A stretch of 47,897 bases of DNA from Thauera sp. (GCA_040275625.1 JBEOKH010000291.1:1-47897), one strand, 5' to 3'; positions 1-9,632 are shown, numbered from the stretch's first letter. A program made the numbers and translations. The notes: generated by a model not told the origin, from the letters alone.

Positions 1-294
1 GAGGTGGCGGCTGGAGGGCATGGGACGTGACGTGGGGCGCGAGGAGTGAGGTGCGGATTGCCGCGGACTTGAAGCCGGAAAACACGTGGGCGTCGCACAC
101 CTGCGACGCCGTTCGCCAGTTTAGGGACAAAGGACCGCGCTGTCCGGTTCCGCACGCCGGGCCGCGAGGCGCGAAACACGACGCCCCATCGCCCCCTCGA
201 AGGCCACCGCGGGCGCGCCGGCAGGCGCGAATTTTTCAGGCAGGAACCGAGGTGCGCCGGCGTCGCCCCACCCGCGCACCTGCCGCAGCGTCCC

Positions 295-720
295 TCATCC
301 CGCCTCGAGCGGCCATTTCGGATTCCACGCCACTTCCCACAGGTGGCCATCGGGGTCCTGAAAATAGCCGGCGTGGCCACCCCACGCGGTGTCACAAGCG
401 CGGCGCGGAATGCGTGCGCCGGCCGCTTCGGCCGCAGCCATCACTGCAGCCACCTCCTCGCGGTGCGCGACGTTGTGGCTCAGGATGCATTCGCTGATGC
501 TCGCTCCCTGTTCTGCCACCCCCGCGTCGACAGCGATGCTCGCGCGCGGAAAGAGCGCGAGCTTGAGCCCGGGCTGCAGGTCGAAGAACACAACCGCGGA
601 ATGATCCGCCGCGCGACCGACGATGCCGTCCGTAGGCCAGCCCAGGCCATCGCGATAGAAAGCCAGCGCACGTGGCAAGTCGGCCACGCCGAGGGTGATC
701 ACGCTGATGCGCGGCTTCAT
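295..720 (-). CDS. VOC (glyoxalase/bleomycin resistance) family protein
   Basis: 141 aa from ATG 720. N-terminal MKPRISVITLGVADL and C-terminal WGGHAGYFQDPDGHLWEVAWNP are typical VOC motifs. Confidence 0.85.
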   Translation of the reverse strand: MKPRISVITLGVADLPRALAFYRDGLGWPTDGIVGRAADHSAVVFFDLQPGLKLALFPRASIAVDAGVAEQGASISECILSHNVAHREEVAAVMAAAEAAGARIPRRACDTAWGGHAGYFQDPDGHLWEVAWNPKWPLEAG

Positions 721-823
721 GCGCGCGCCGGCCCGCAAGGGCGCCAGCATGTGCCGGGCGGGCGCCGCTCGGGGGGATGACGGAGCGTCCGGCAGGCACG
801 CTCGCCGACGGCGACCCCGTCGA

Positions 824-1075
824 TCAACGGCACTGCATGTTCCCGGACGGTGCATGGACGACGCACTGCAGCGGCCCGCACTGGCAGTTGTGCAGCACCG
901 AGGCGCCGCCGTCAGCGAGACGCAGCCCACGCGAGCATGCGCACTCCTCGGGCGCCGCGGGCAGCACCTGCGGGGGCAACGCAGCGACCGGGCTAGACAT
1001 CGCGCTCAAGGCCAGCACGGCCGCCGCCGCAGCGGACACGCCGGAGAGCGTCAACAGCAGAGGGCGCAGTTTCAT
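824..1075 (-). CDS. Small, probably secreted Cys-rich protein (83 aa), function unknown
   Basis: AGGAG RBS before ATG 1075; signal-peptide-like N-terminus; C-x-C-x16-C-x-C-x4-C-x10-C pattern in the C-terminal half. Confidence 0.65.
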   Translation of the reverse strand: MKLRPLLLTLSGVSAAAAAVLALSAMSSPVAALPPQVLPAAPEECACSRGLRLADGGASVLHNCQCGPLQCVVHAPSGNMQCR

Positions 1076-1176
1076 GTTCGTTCTCCTCGGGTGAAGCGAC
1101 AGCGTAGCAGCTTCGCACCGTGAGACCACCGCCCCCGGCCGCACAGACCGGGCAGCCCGACGAAGCAAGCAGAAGA

Positions 1177-1282
1177 TCGCGCCTTCCGGCGCTATTGCGC
1201 GAGCATCGCGACCGCGTTCGCGCCTTCCGGCGCTCCTACATCAGGATCACGGCCGCCCTGCAGGAGCGGCGGCAGCCGCGAA
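1177..1282. repeat. REP cluster (GTAG family): one partial and two near-complete copies in opposite orientations
   Basis: GTAGGAGCGCCGGAAGGCGCGAA on minus at 1217-1239; GCAGGAGCGGCGGCAGCCGCGAA on plus at 1259-1282; partial copy at 1177-1193. Confidence 0.75.
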
Positions 1283-1363
1283 CAGACGTCGCAGCGACCG
1301 CCATACGTCTCCCGGGCACCGCCGCGGGCTTTTCGGAATGCCGATTCATGCGCGGGCCGCGCT

Positions 1364-1840
1364 TCAGTCCTCCGCACGCGCCAACGCCCACAGCACCAGC
1401 ACCCCGAAACCGAACAGCAGCGCCCACTTGAGCGTGGAGCACACGGTCGACAGCAGATACACCCCGTCCAGGCCAAAGCGCGGCATCTCGGTGAGCCAGG
1501 CGTGCAGGGCGTTCTCCACCGCGTCGAACAGCGCCGCCAGCGGTAGCACCCGCGGCACACATCGCGCCACCACCCGCGGTAGCGGGCGGAACAGTGCCGT
1601 GCGCGTCGCCAGCAGCCAGCCGAAGCGGGCATAGGCCAGGAGCAACACGGTGTCGACCAGCAGGTGACGCCGATAGCGCTGCAGATCCTCCGGCGGCCAC
1701 ACGTGGATGATTTCGCCGAAGCCGCGCGGCGTCCATGCGAACTGCAGCACGAGCATGCCCGGCTCCAGCCCCGACACGCACCCCAGCGTGACGACCGTCA
1801 GCGCTGCGACCAGAAGCCCCGCCACAAGAACTGCACGCAT
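1364..1840 (-). CDS. Hypothetical integral membrane protein (158 aa)
   Basis: GGAG RBS before ATG 1840; several hydrophobic segments; LQFAWT and AALFDAVEN segments. Confidence 0.7.
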   Translation of the reverse strand: MRAVLVAGLLVAALTVVTLGCVSGLEPGMLVLQFAWTPRGFGEIIHVWPPEDLQRYRRHLLVDTVLLLAYARFGWLLATRTALFRPLPRVVARCVPRVLPLAALFDAVENALHAWLTEMPRFGLDGVYLLSTVCSTLKWALLFGFGVLVLWALARAED

Positions 1841-2047
1841 ACGCCGAACTCCATGCCGGAAAGGCGCACAAATGTCAGGCCATCGATAGCCCCTGCAAAA
1901 CGCCGGCCGATTGTACCCTCGCCTTGACCGCGAACAGACGCCGCCGCCGGGTGTCGACGTATGATCCCGCTCTCGCGTGCAGCCAGGCTCGAGCCCGTAC
2001 CGAACCATGCGCTGCACCGCCCCGCCTCCCCTGCCTGCGCTGACGAC

Positions 2048-3250
2048 ATGAGCCGATCACACCTGCTGCCGCTCCTGCTGCTTTATGCCCTGATGCTGCC
2101 GGTCACCGGCATGGTGCCGGTGCTACCCGAGTTCACCGCACAGCGCTTTCCCGGTCTCGGCCAGTTTGCCAGCCACTTCTTCATGTCGATCAACATGATC
2201 GGCGCGCTGATCGGCGCACCGATCGCCGGTCTGCTGTCAGACCGCCTCGGCCGCCGGCGCATGCTCGCGGTGGGCGCGCTCGCCCTCAATGGCTGCGCCC
2301 TGCTCGGCATCGCCTGGGCGTGGCGCAGCGCCGACAGCTACGCGCTGCTGCTCGCGCTGCGCCTGCTCGAGGGCTTCGCCCACATGTCGGCGCTGTCACT
2401 CCTGATGGCGCTCGCGGCCGACCAGCCGGGCAAGGCCGGGCTCGGTGCGCGCATGGGCGCGGTGGGGGCCGCGATCAGCCTGGGCGTGGCCACCGGCGCA
2501 CCGCTTGGCGGCGTGGTCGGCGCCATCGATCCGTTCTGGGTGCCGCTCGGCGGCGGCTTGCTGTCGCTTGCGCTCGCGGCGCTTGCGCTCAAGGGCCTCG
2601 CGGACGCCGGCGGCGGGCGGCCGCGCCTGGCCACCGCGCAGATCGTCAATACGCTGCGCAGCCGCCGCCAACTGCTGATCCCGCTCGCGTTCTCGTTCGC
2701 CGACCGCCTCACCGTGGGCTTCATCGTGTCCACGCTGTCGCTCTACCTCGGCCTCGTGCTCGGCTTCGATGCGCGCCAGATCGGCAGCGCCATGGCGGCC
2801 TTCCTGATCCCCTTCTCGGTGCTGACCTGGCCGGCCGGGCATCTGTCGCGGCACTGGGATCCGTTGCTGATGATGGTGGTGGGCAGCGTGCTGTACGGCG
2901 TCTTCCTCGCCGCGCTCGGCTTTGCGCCCGCGGACCGCGTGGTGGCGACGATGGCCGTGGGCGGCGTGATCGCGGCGCTGATGTACGCGCCCTCACTGGT
3001 GCTGGCGGCGCAGTACGGCGGCAGCGACTGCCGGGCGAGCGCGCTCGCGGCCTTCAACATGGCCGGCTCGCTCGGCTTTGCCGCCGGGCCGCTGCTCAGC
3101 AGCGCCCTGCTCGCGATCTTCGGCCTCGTGCTCGCGCAGCCCTATCCGCCGGTGTTCGTCGCCATCGGCCTGATCGAGATCGTGCTTGCGATCACGGTGC
3201 TGCTGCGGGTCCGCCGCCACCGCCTGCGGGCCGACACCGCCGCGGCCTAG
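2048..3250 (+). CDS. MFS transporter
   Basis: About 400 aa with roughly 12 hydrophobic segments; motif A GLLSDRLGRRR; stop codon overlaps the convergent nnrS stop (CTAG). Confidence 0.85.
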   Translation: MSRSHLLPLLLLYALMLPVTGMVPVLPEFTAQRFPGLGQFASHFFMSINMIGALIGAPIAGLLSDRLGRRRMLAVGALALNGCALLGIAWAWRSADSYALLLALRLLEGFAHMSALSLLMALAADQPGKAGLGARMGAVGAAISLGVATGAPLGGVVGAIDPFWVPLGGGLLSLALAALALKGLADAGGGRPRLATAQIVNTLRSRRQLLIPLAFSFADRLTVGFIVSTLSLYLGLVLGFDARQIGSAMAAFLIPFSVLTWPAGHLSRHWDPLLMMVVGSVLYGVFLAALGFAPADRVVATMAVGGVIAALMYAPSLVLAAQYGGSDCRASALAAFNMAGSLGFAAGPLLSSALLAIFGLVLAQPYPPVFVAIGLIEIVLAITVLLRVRRHRLRADTAAA

Positions 3251-4608
3251 GCGCGCGTGGCGCCGGCCCCCCGGTACTCCTCGCAGCCCTTGCCGCCGTC
3301 CTCCCGCGGCCTCACGAACAGTCTGCCCAAGTGCCACGCAGCGAGCGCGAAAGCGACGACCCAGGCCATGCCGGCGAACACCTGCAGCGTCACCGCGGGG
3401 GACTCCGGCAACCCGGCCGCTGCGCGCAACAAGGCGGCCAGTGCGATCAGCACCGCCACACCTCCCACCCAGGGGCGCGCGTCGAGCGCGTAGCCCGCGT
3501 GGGTTCGCCCGGCGATGCACAGCACGGCAAAGATCGACAATCCCATCGCACCGATCGCGAGCAGATGCACGCCGGCGCTCGGTGCCAACGGAGCGCCGAG
3601 GCGGGCGAGCCCGCTCAGCAGGTAGCCGAGCGCGAGCAGCCAATACACCCCGTACAGCATCAAGACCCAGCGCGTGAACAAGGCGCGGCCCACGTGCCAG
3701 TCGTTCAGCAGGTTGAACACCGCCGCCGCAACACCCAGGGCAAGCCAGCCGGCGATCGGCGACTGCGGCAGCAGGAGTTCGGCCGCGGTATGCAGCGCGA
3801 TCGCCGCAATCGCCAGGTTGCGCCGCGGCGGGCGGGCCCGATAGGCGGGCAACGCCAGTTCGGCCTCCTCGCCGTGGCGCAGCGCGTGCGCCGGCACACG
3901 GCGGGCGCGCTCGGCGTCGAGCGCATCGTTCATGACCCGCATCGAGATCCGGCTCATCGCCACCACGACCAGGGTCATCATCACCCCGAGTGCAACCAGC
4001 ACCCAGCGCACCGGATACGCGCCGCGCAGCACATCCACGTGAAACCCGGCCACCGCCACCACCATCGCCACCAGCCCCCACAGGAAACCGAGCTGGCGGC
4101 GCTCGCGGTCGTGCCACAGGCGCGGCGCCACCACCGCGCATACGGCGAGCGCGAAGCCGGCATTGAGCAAGGCCGCCGGCAGATGGCCGATCGCGCCGAC
4201 GTCCGCCAGCGCAGCCAAGTTCCCCGAGAGCCAGTACGCCACCCGTGCCGCCAGCCACAACAGCGCGAGGCGCAGCACCAGCCGCGGCGCGAACGCCGGC
4301 GTGGCAGTGAATTCCGGCACCGCGGTCAGCACGAAACCCGCCACCGCCGCCAGCCCGAAGCCGAACATCAGTTCGTGCGCGTGCCATACGAAAGGCCCCC
4401 CCGCCACCCTCGGCAGCGCCAGGCCGGCACCGAGAAAGCCGGTCCATGCCAGCACCACCAGCACGCCATAGACCGCGGTCGCGAGGAAGAAAGGGCGAAA
4501 GCCGCACATCAACAAGGGCCGTGCGGCGAGCCGGGCGAACCAGCCGCGATCGGGAACGCAGTGGCCGGCAAGGGCACCGGGGACGGGGTCAGCGTGGGGG
4601 TGATGCAT
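3247..4608 (-). CDS. nnrS: NnrS family membrane protein
   Basis: GFRPFFL, WHAHELMFGF, GFVLTAVPEFT and GRTHAG motifs. Start codon uncertain. Confidence 0.85.
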   Translation of the reverse strand: MHHPHADPVPGALAGHCVPDRGWFARLAARPLLMCGFRPFFLATAVYGVLVVLAWTGFLGAGLALPRVAGGPFVWHAHELMFGFGLAAVAGFVLTAVPEFTATPAFAPRLVLRLALLWLAARVAYWLSGNLAALADVGAIGHLPAALLNAGFALAVCAVVAPRLWHDRERRQLGFLWGLVAMVVAVAGFHVDVLRGAYPVRWVLVALGVMMTLVVVAMSRISMRVMNDALDAERARRVPAHALRHGEEAELALPAYRARPPRRNLAIAAIALHTAAELLLPQSPIAGWLALGVAAAVFNLLNDWHVGRALFTRWVLMLYGVYWLLALGYLLSGLARLGAPLAPSAGVHLLAIGAMGLSIFAVLCIAGRTHAGYALDARPWVGGVAVLIALAALLRAAAGLPESPAVTLQVFAGMAWVVAFALAAWHLGRLFVRPREDGGKGCEEYRGAGATRA

Positions 4609-4689
4609 GGGGCAAGGCCTGCGCAAGGGTCATTCGTCAAAGTGGAAGGTCGGGGAGCGCGCCGCAGCGCGGTGGCGACGAGATCGCCC

Positions 4690-5562
4690 TCATCCGCAAC
4701 GCTTGCCGCCCGCCAGCGCGACCGGCGGCACCGGCGGCACGATCAGGCGCAAGCCTTTATCGACCTGTGCGTGCGTGCGGCCAGCGCCAGGCGGCGACGG
4801 CGCGACGGCGACCACGGGCGGCAAGCAGAAGCTCGCGCGCACGGCCGGCGTCTGCAGCAGTTCGGCGGTGTGGCGGTACACCCAGCCGTCATCACGCGAC
4901 GCCGCCGCGCGGTCAAGTTCGAAGCGGCACACGATGCGCCCGGGCGCCGGCGCCATGACCAGAATCAGGTCAGACAGCCGCACCGCCTCCATCAGGTCAT
5001 GGGTGATCATCAGTACCCCCAGGTGGCGCTCGGCCTGATGCGCCAGCAGCAGGCGGTAGAGTTCTTCCTTGAGCCCGACGTCGAGTGCCGAGAACGGCTC
5101 GTCGAGCAGCAGCAGTTCGGGCGCCAGCACCAGCGCGCGCGCCAGCGCCACCCGGCTCTGCATGCCACCCGAGAGCTGATGGGAAAACTTGCCGAGGTCA
5201 CGGTGGGCCAGGCCCAGGCGCAGCGCGAGTTCGCGCGCGCGGAAGTGGCGCTCGGCACGCCGGACACCGGCCGCCTTGAGGCCCAGCGCGATGTTGTCGA
5301 GCGCCGTCTTCCATGGCAGCAGCCGCGGCTGCTGGAACATGAAGGCGGTGGACGCGAAATGGTTGTCCACCTGGCCGTCCTGCACCTTCAGCAGGCCGGC
5401 AGCCAGATGCAGCAGCGTGGTCTTGCCGCAGCCCGACGGGCCCACCAGCGCCACCACCTCGCCGGCACGCACGCGAAAGTCGATGCCGGAAAGCACCTCG
5501 TCGCGCACAAAGGCATGAGAGAGCCCGCGCACGTGCAGCGCAGCGCGCGAATCCCCGGTCAT
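4690..5562 (-). CDS. ABC transporter ATP-binding protein (NitT/TauT type)
   Basis: Walker A GPSGCGKTT, signature LSGGM, Walker B LLLLDEPF, ITHD switch; ATG overlaps the permease TGA. Confidence 0.92.
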   Translation of the reverse strand: MTGDSRAALHVRGLSHAFVRDEVLSGIDFRVRAGEVVALVGPSGCGKTTLLHLAAGLLKVQDGQVDNHFASTAFMFQQPRLLPWKTALDNIALGLKAAGVRRAERHFRARELALRLGLAHRDLGKFSHQLSGGMQSRVALARALVLAPELLLLDEPFSALDVGLKEELYRLLLAHQAERHLGVLMITHDLMEAVRLSDLILVMAPAPGRIVCRFELDRAAASRDDGWVYRHTAELLQTPAVRASFCLPPVVAVAPSPPGAGRTHAQVDKGLRLIVPPVPPVALAGGKRCG

Positions 5563-6350
5563 GTCCCCTGCTCCCGCCACCGCTCCACCTCGCGCTTGAC
5601 CGGCTCCAGCACCAGGTACTCCACTGCCAGCAGCAGCCCCACCACCGCCACGATCCACGCCATGGTCGCCGCGGTGTCGAGGTGGGAGCGCGACACCGCG
5701 AGCGCAGCGCCGACGCCGTCCTGGGTGGCGAGCAGCTCGGCCATCACCACCACCTTCCACGCGGTACCGAGCGCAGCGATCCAGGCCGGGAAAAGATAGG
5801 ACACCACGTGTGGCAGATAGACATCGGTGAGCATCATGCGGCGCGGCAGGCGGAAGGCCTCGGCCATGCCGCGCAGATGGTTGTCGAGCGTGCGCGTACC
5901 CTGCAGCGCACCGATGAAGATCACCGGAAAGGACGCCACGATCACTGTGAACACCGGCGTGCCGTCGCCCGCCCCGAACCACAGCATGGCCAGCACCAGC
6001 CAGGCGATCGGCGGCGTGCCCATGAGCACGGTGACCAGCGGGCGCGACATCATTGACGCGGTCATCGACAGCCCGGCAAGCAGGCCGAGCACGCTGCCGG
6101 CCACCACCGACAGCGCATAGCCGGTGAGCGCGCGGCGCGCGGTGGCCGTCAGTTCCGGCCACGCGGCGCCGCTGTCGAGCAGCCCCCACAGGGTGGCGAA
6201 GGCGGCGCGCGGGGCGGGCATCACCAGCGGACCGTAGGCAAGGCTCACCGCCTCCCAGGCGGCGAGCAGCAGGAAGAGGCTGGCGATCGCGCCCCAACCG
6301 CTCCACAGGTAGGCGGGCAGCCCGGCCAGCCAGGCGCGCAGCAGCGTCAT
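5559..6350 (-). CDS. ABC transporter permease (NitT/TauT, SsuC-like)
   Basis: TPPIAW and AWKVVVMAELL motifs; about 6 TM segments; ATGA coupling on both sides. Confidence 0.9.
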   Translation of the reverse strand: MTLLRAWLAGLPAYLWSGWGAIASLFLLLAAWEAVSLAYGPLVMPAPRAAFATLWGLLDSGAAWPELTATARRALTGYALSVVAGSVLGLLAGLSMTASMMSRPLVTVLMGTPPIAWLVLAMLWFGAGDGTPVFTVIVASFPVIFIGALQGTRTLDNHLRGMAEAFRLPRRMMLTDVYLPHVVSYLFPAWIAALGTAWKVVVMAELLATQDGVGAALAVSRSHLDTAATMAWIVAVVGLLLAVEYLVLEPVKREVERWREQGT

Positions 6351-7387
6351 CGTGCCCGCGCTCCGCCGTAGAAGGCGTCGTCGGGCAGCTTGCCGCCGAC
6401 CAGCGCCGGGGTGCTCGCGACCAGGTGAGCGAAGAGGAACTCCAGCTCGGTACGCGCATCCCTTGCCGACACCGCCTTGAGCTAGCTGACCGCGATCGAG
6501 TCGGTCACCGCCTGCGCGCTCAGCATGTCGATGCGCGCCGCCACGGCCTTGCCGCAGGCCTCGGCGTTGTCCTTGCACCAGCCCAGCGCGCGCGCGTACT
6601 CGGCCTCGATGCGCGCCACCAGCGCGGGGCGCCCGCGCAGCGCCCCCATCACCGCGATGCCGGCCTGCGGAATGCGCGCCTCACGTGCGAACACTCGCCC
6701 CCACTCCCGCTGCAGATCCACGCTGCGGTGCAGCTCGGGCGCAATCACGCTGAGCGGAAAGGAGCCCGTCTTGCGCAATGCCATCGACGCCGCCGGCTCG
6801 GCGAGCAGCGCGTGGTCGACGCGACGCATCACCAGCAGCTGCATCGCATCCACCGGGCTGGCGACGTAGCGCAATTGCAGGTCCTTCTTCACATCGATGC
6901 CCTGCTGTGCGGCGAGCAGTTGCAGCACGATGTCGGGCATGTCGCCGCGAAAGGGCATCGCGAGCTCCTTTCCGCGCAGGTCGGCGAGCGACTTCAGCGC
7001 CGGGTCGCGCGACACCAGCCACAACACACCCCAGGTCGATACGTTGATGAGCTGCAGCTTCGCACCGCGGTTGTAGAGGTTGGCGGCGACGTTGGTCGGC
7101 ATCGCCAGCACGTCGGCGCGGCCGTCGAGCGCCATCATGCGGAGCTGGTCGGGGTCGCGCCAGGGAACGAACTCGACCACCTCGGCGAGATCTGCGAGCG
7201 CGCCCGAATCGACCATGCGGATGAGCGCGTTCGACACCGCTGCCGAGGGCCCTGCCAGGGTCAGCTTTGGCAATTTCTGTGCCTGCGCGATGCCGGTCAC
7301 GAGCAGGAAGGCGCACAGCACGCACAGATGAAGCAGGCCGCGCGTCCATGCCGGCAGCGCACTGGGGCGGCGACGCTGATGCCCCAT
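6347..7387 (-). pseudogene. ABC substrate-binding protein (NitT/TauT type) interrupted by an in-frame TAG at 6482-6484
   Basis: Signal peptide (..IAQA); PTNVAANLYN and LLAEP motifs. The frame continues 44 codons past the TAG to ..GGKLPDDAFYGGARAR-TGA, which overlaps the permease ATG. Confidence 0.8.
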
Positions 7388-7388
7388 G

Positions 7389-9443
7389 TCAGAAGCTCCC
7401 GTTCAGGCTGAGCGCGACGCCACGACCGGGCGCAGCGAGCTCGTTGCCGGACACGCCCTCGGTCAGGTGCTCGTGGTAACGCTTGTCGGCCAGGTTGCTC
7501 AGCTGCACGGCCAGCCCGGCAGACTCGAAGGCAGCGACCTTGCCGAAACGCCAGCCGAATTCGGCGTCGGCCGTGACGAAACCGGCGCTGCGGTTCTCGG
7601 TGCCGTTGGAGAACGTCGTGGCGATGCGGTCCTGCTCGGCCACTGCGCGCAGCTGGGCACGCCACCACAAGCCGCGCACGGCCGGCTGGCCGAGGCCGAC
7701 GGTGAATTCCGGCGCCGGCATCTGGTACAGCGGCTCGTCGTCCTGATGGTTCTTGCCCCGCAGCCAGGTGAAACCGGCGTCGGCGACGAAGGCGCCCAGC
7801 GGCAGGCTGGCGCTGCCTTCGACGCCGTAGATCGTGACCTTGTCGAGGTTTTCGGTGATCTTGAGCGGCAGGCCGTTTTGCGGATGCACGGCACCGCTGA
7901 CACGCCCGGCGATGTAGCCGTCGATGCGGGTGTGGAACGCGGCCAGCTGGTATTGCAGGCCGGCGCCGCCCTGCTTGAGGCCGAGCTCCAGGCTGGTCGA
8001 CACTTCCGCGTCGAGCTGCGGATTGCCCACATGGTAGTAACCATCGCCGCGCGCGGAGTCCTCGAAGCGCTCACGCATGTCGGGCGCACGGAAGGCGCGG
8101 CCGAGGTTGGCGTAGGCGTTCAGGCTGGCGCCGAGCGGCTGAATCGCAGCGAGCGACCACGACAGCTCGTGGTCGGTGTTGTCGAGACCGGTGGTCTGCG
8201 TCATGCCCTTGCGTGCCGCATCGCCGGCGACACGATCGAAGCGCGCGCCCGCGACGATGCGGGTGTCGCCGAGCGCGAACTCGTCCTGCACGAACACGCC
8301 CGCCGACTCGATTTCTCCCTTGTTGAAGGGATCGTTGCGGACATTGTTGTCGAAGGCCGGCGGGTTGTTGTCCATGTAGCGCTCGGGGTCGCCGCGCATC
8401 CGCCACAGCTCGGCGCCGATCGTCAACAGGTGGTCCGCGCCGGCCGCAAACAGATACCTGGTCTTCGCGCCATCGGTGATGAAGCTGACGTCGTTGCGCA
8501 CGTAGTCGCGCTGCTTGGCCGACGAGAAGGCGCGGATCTGGCGGAACACCTCCTGGCGGTAGATCTCGGCTGCCAGCGTGCCCTCGCCGAGCTTCGCATC
8601 CACGCCGAGCTCATAGAGTTCGCGGCGCTGTTGCGGCGAATGGATGATGGCGGTGCCGAGCGGCGCCGGGACGCCTGCGCCGCGCCGCGCCGAGCCCGGA
8701 TACCACACGTCCTCGTCCTCGTGGCGCTGCAGGTTCACCCGCAGGCCGACGTGCTCGGTCAGCTTGTGCCGGTACTTGGCCAGCAGCGTATCGGACTGGT
8801 AGCCGGTAAGGTCCTCGCGCCCGTCCGGGCTGCGGTAGTCATCCACGTCGCGTCCGGCAATGCCCAGCACGAGCGCACTGTCGGCATTCGAGCGCGTCAG
8901 CAGTGCCGCGCCAGCAAGGCCCTCGTCCACGCTCGAGTAGCGCACGCCGATGCGACCGCCAAGCGTGTCGTCGGCGGTGAATTCGGCCTGCGGCGTGATC
9001 AGGTTCACCACCCCACCCATCGCGCCGCTGCCATACAACACCGAGCCCGGCCCCTTCACCACCTCGGCGCGCTCGAGCAGGCCGAGGTCGAGGAAGGAGG
9101 CGATCGCGCCCTGCGGCTGCGCGGAATTGATGCGCACGCCGTCGACCATGACGACCACGCTTTCCTTCTTCAGCCCGCGCAGCACCGGGTTCTGGCCCCA
9201 GGCGCCATCGGACTGCAGCGCGAGGCCCGGCTTGCCGCGCAACAGCTCGCCGGCAACCGCGCCATTCGCCCCGGGGGCGCTCAGGACCTCGACCGCCTGC
9301 GGGGTATCCAGCGTGTCGGCGACATGACCCTTGGCAGTGACCATCTGCGCGTCGAGCATGGTCTCGGCGCGCGCGCCATGGGATAGGGGAAAAACGGACA
9401 GGCCGAGCATGACCAGCGCCAGCGGTTTCAAACGAAACGGCAT
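7389..9443 (-). CDS. TonB-dependent outer-membrane receptor (heme/hemoprotein-receptor-like motifs)
   Basis: GGAG RBS; signal peptide; plug motif VVKGPGSVLYGSGAMGGVVN; FRAP...H..NPQL; C-terminal Phe. Confidence 0.9.
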   Translation of the reverse strand: MPFRLKPLALVMLGLSVFPLSHGARAETMLDAQMVTAKGHVADTLDTPQAVEVLSAPGANGAVAGELLRGKPGLALQSDGAWGQNPVLRGLKKESVVVMVDGVRINSAQPQGAIASFLDLGLLERAEVVKGPGSVLYGSGAMGGVVNLITPQAEFTADDTLGGRIGVRYSSVDEGLAGAALLTRSNADSALVLGIAGRDVDDYRSPDGREDLTGYQSDTLLAKYRHKLTEHVGLRVNLQRHEDEDVWYPGSARRGAGVPAPLGTAIIHSPQQRRELYELGVDAKLGEGTLAAEIYRQEVFRQIRAFSSAKQRDYVRNDVSFITDGAKTRYLFAAGADHLLTIGAELWRMRGDPERYMDNNPPAFDNNVRNDPFNKGEIESAGVFVQDEFALGDTRIVAGARFDRVAGDAARKGMTQTTGLDNTDHELSWSLAAIQPLGASLNAYANLGRAFRAPDMRERFEDSARGDGYYHVGNPQLDAEVSTSLELGLKQGGAGLQYQLAAFHTRIDGYIAGRVSGAVHPQNGLPLKITENLDKVTIYGVEGSASLPLGAFVADAGFTWLRGKNHQDDEPLYQMPAPEFTVGLGQPAVRGLWWRAQLRAVAEQDRIATTFSNGTENRSAGFVTADAEFGWRFGKVAAFESAGLAVQLSNLADKRYHEHLTEGVSGNELAAPGRGVALSLNGSF

Positions 9444-9528
9444 CGAAAGCTCCAGGAAGACGGGTTCCCGGGCTGGCTGGCGGCGGCTGGCGTGCCCGAT
9501 CAATGAAATCAGGGCTCGATAGTAAATC

Positions 9529-9547
9529 AATGCGAATCATTCGCGTT
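9529..9547. promoter_or_regulatory. Probable Fur box
   Basis: AATGCGAAT-C-ATTCGCGTT, a 9-1-9 inverted repeat (8/9 match) in AT-rich DNA about 85 bp upstream of the TonB receptor. Confidence 0.7.
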
Positions 9548-9560
9548 TGCGGTAGATCAA
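9547..9560. promoter_or_regulatory. Possible FNR/DNR/NnrR box
   Basis: TTGCG-GTAG-ATCAA versus consensus TTGAT-N4-ATCAA (8/10), abutting the Fur box. Confidence 0.45.
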
Positions 9561-9632
9561 AAAATCCGCGCCCGCCTGGTGCCGGCTATCATGCGCACCG
9601 CGCCTTACCGACTTCGCACGACCCGCCGGCCA

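Noticed and set aside
1-294. Possible partial gene (ATG at 21 on minus) or riboswitch; hairpin GGCGTCGCA/TGCGACGCC at about 89-110
   Set aside because: Only 7 codons are visible, there is no RBS and I recognised no riboswitch consensus. Flanking sequence is needed.
1894-1910. Sigma-54-like site TCGGCCGGCGTTTTGCA on minus upstream of the 1364-1840 gene
   Set aside because: Spacing is correct but the -24 match is poor and no enhancer motif is nearby; likely chance in GC-rich DNA.
2320-5799. 1159-aa plus-strand ORF and other long ORFs (7386-9386, 15791-17785, 20514-22481, 46544-47839)
   Set aside because: Antisense or alternative-frame shadows of well-supported genes in GC-rich DNA; no recognisable motifs.
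4690-6459. 589-aa extended or fused ABC ATPase from the ORF track
   Set aside because: The N-terminal 299 codons overlap the permease in another frame; the real start is ATG 5562, coupled to the permease stop.
6482-6484. Pyrrolysine or programmed recoding at the TAG
   Set aside because: No pyl genes in the window, not expected in this lineage, and neighbouring genes use TAG as a normal stop. A point mutation or sequencing error is simpler.
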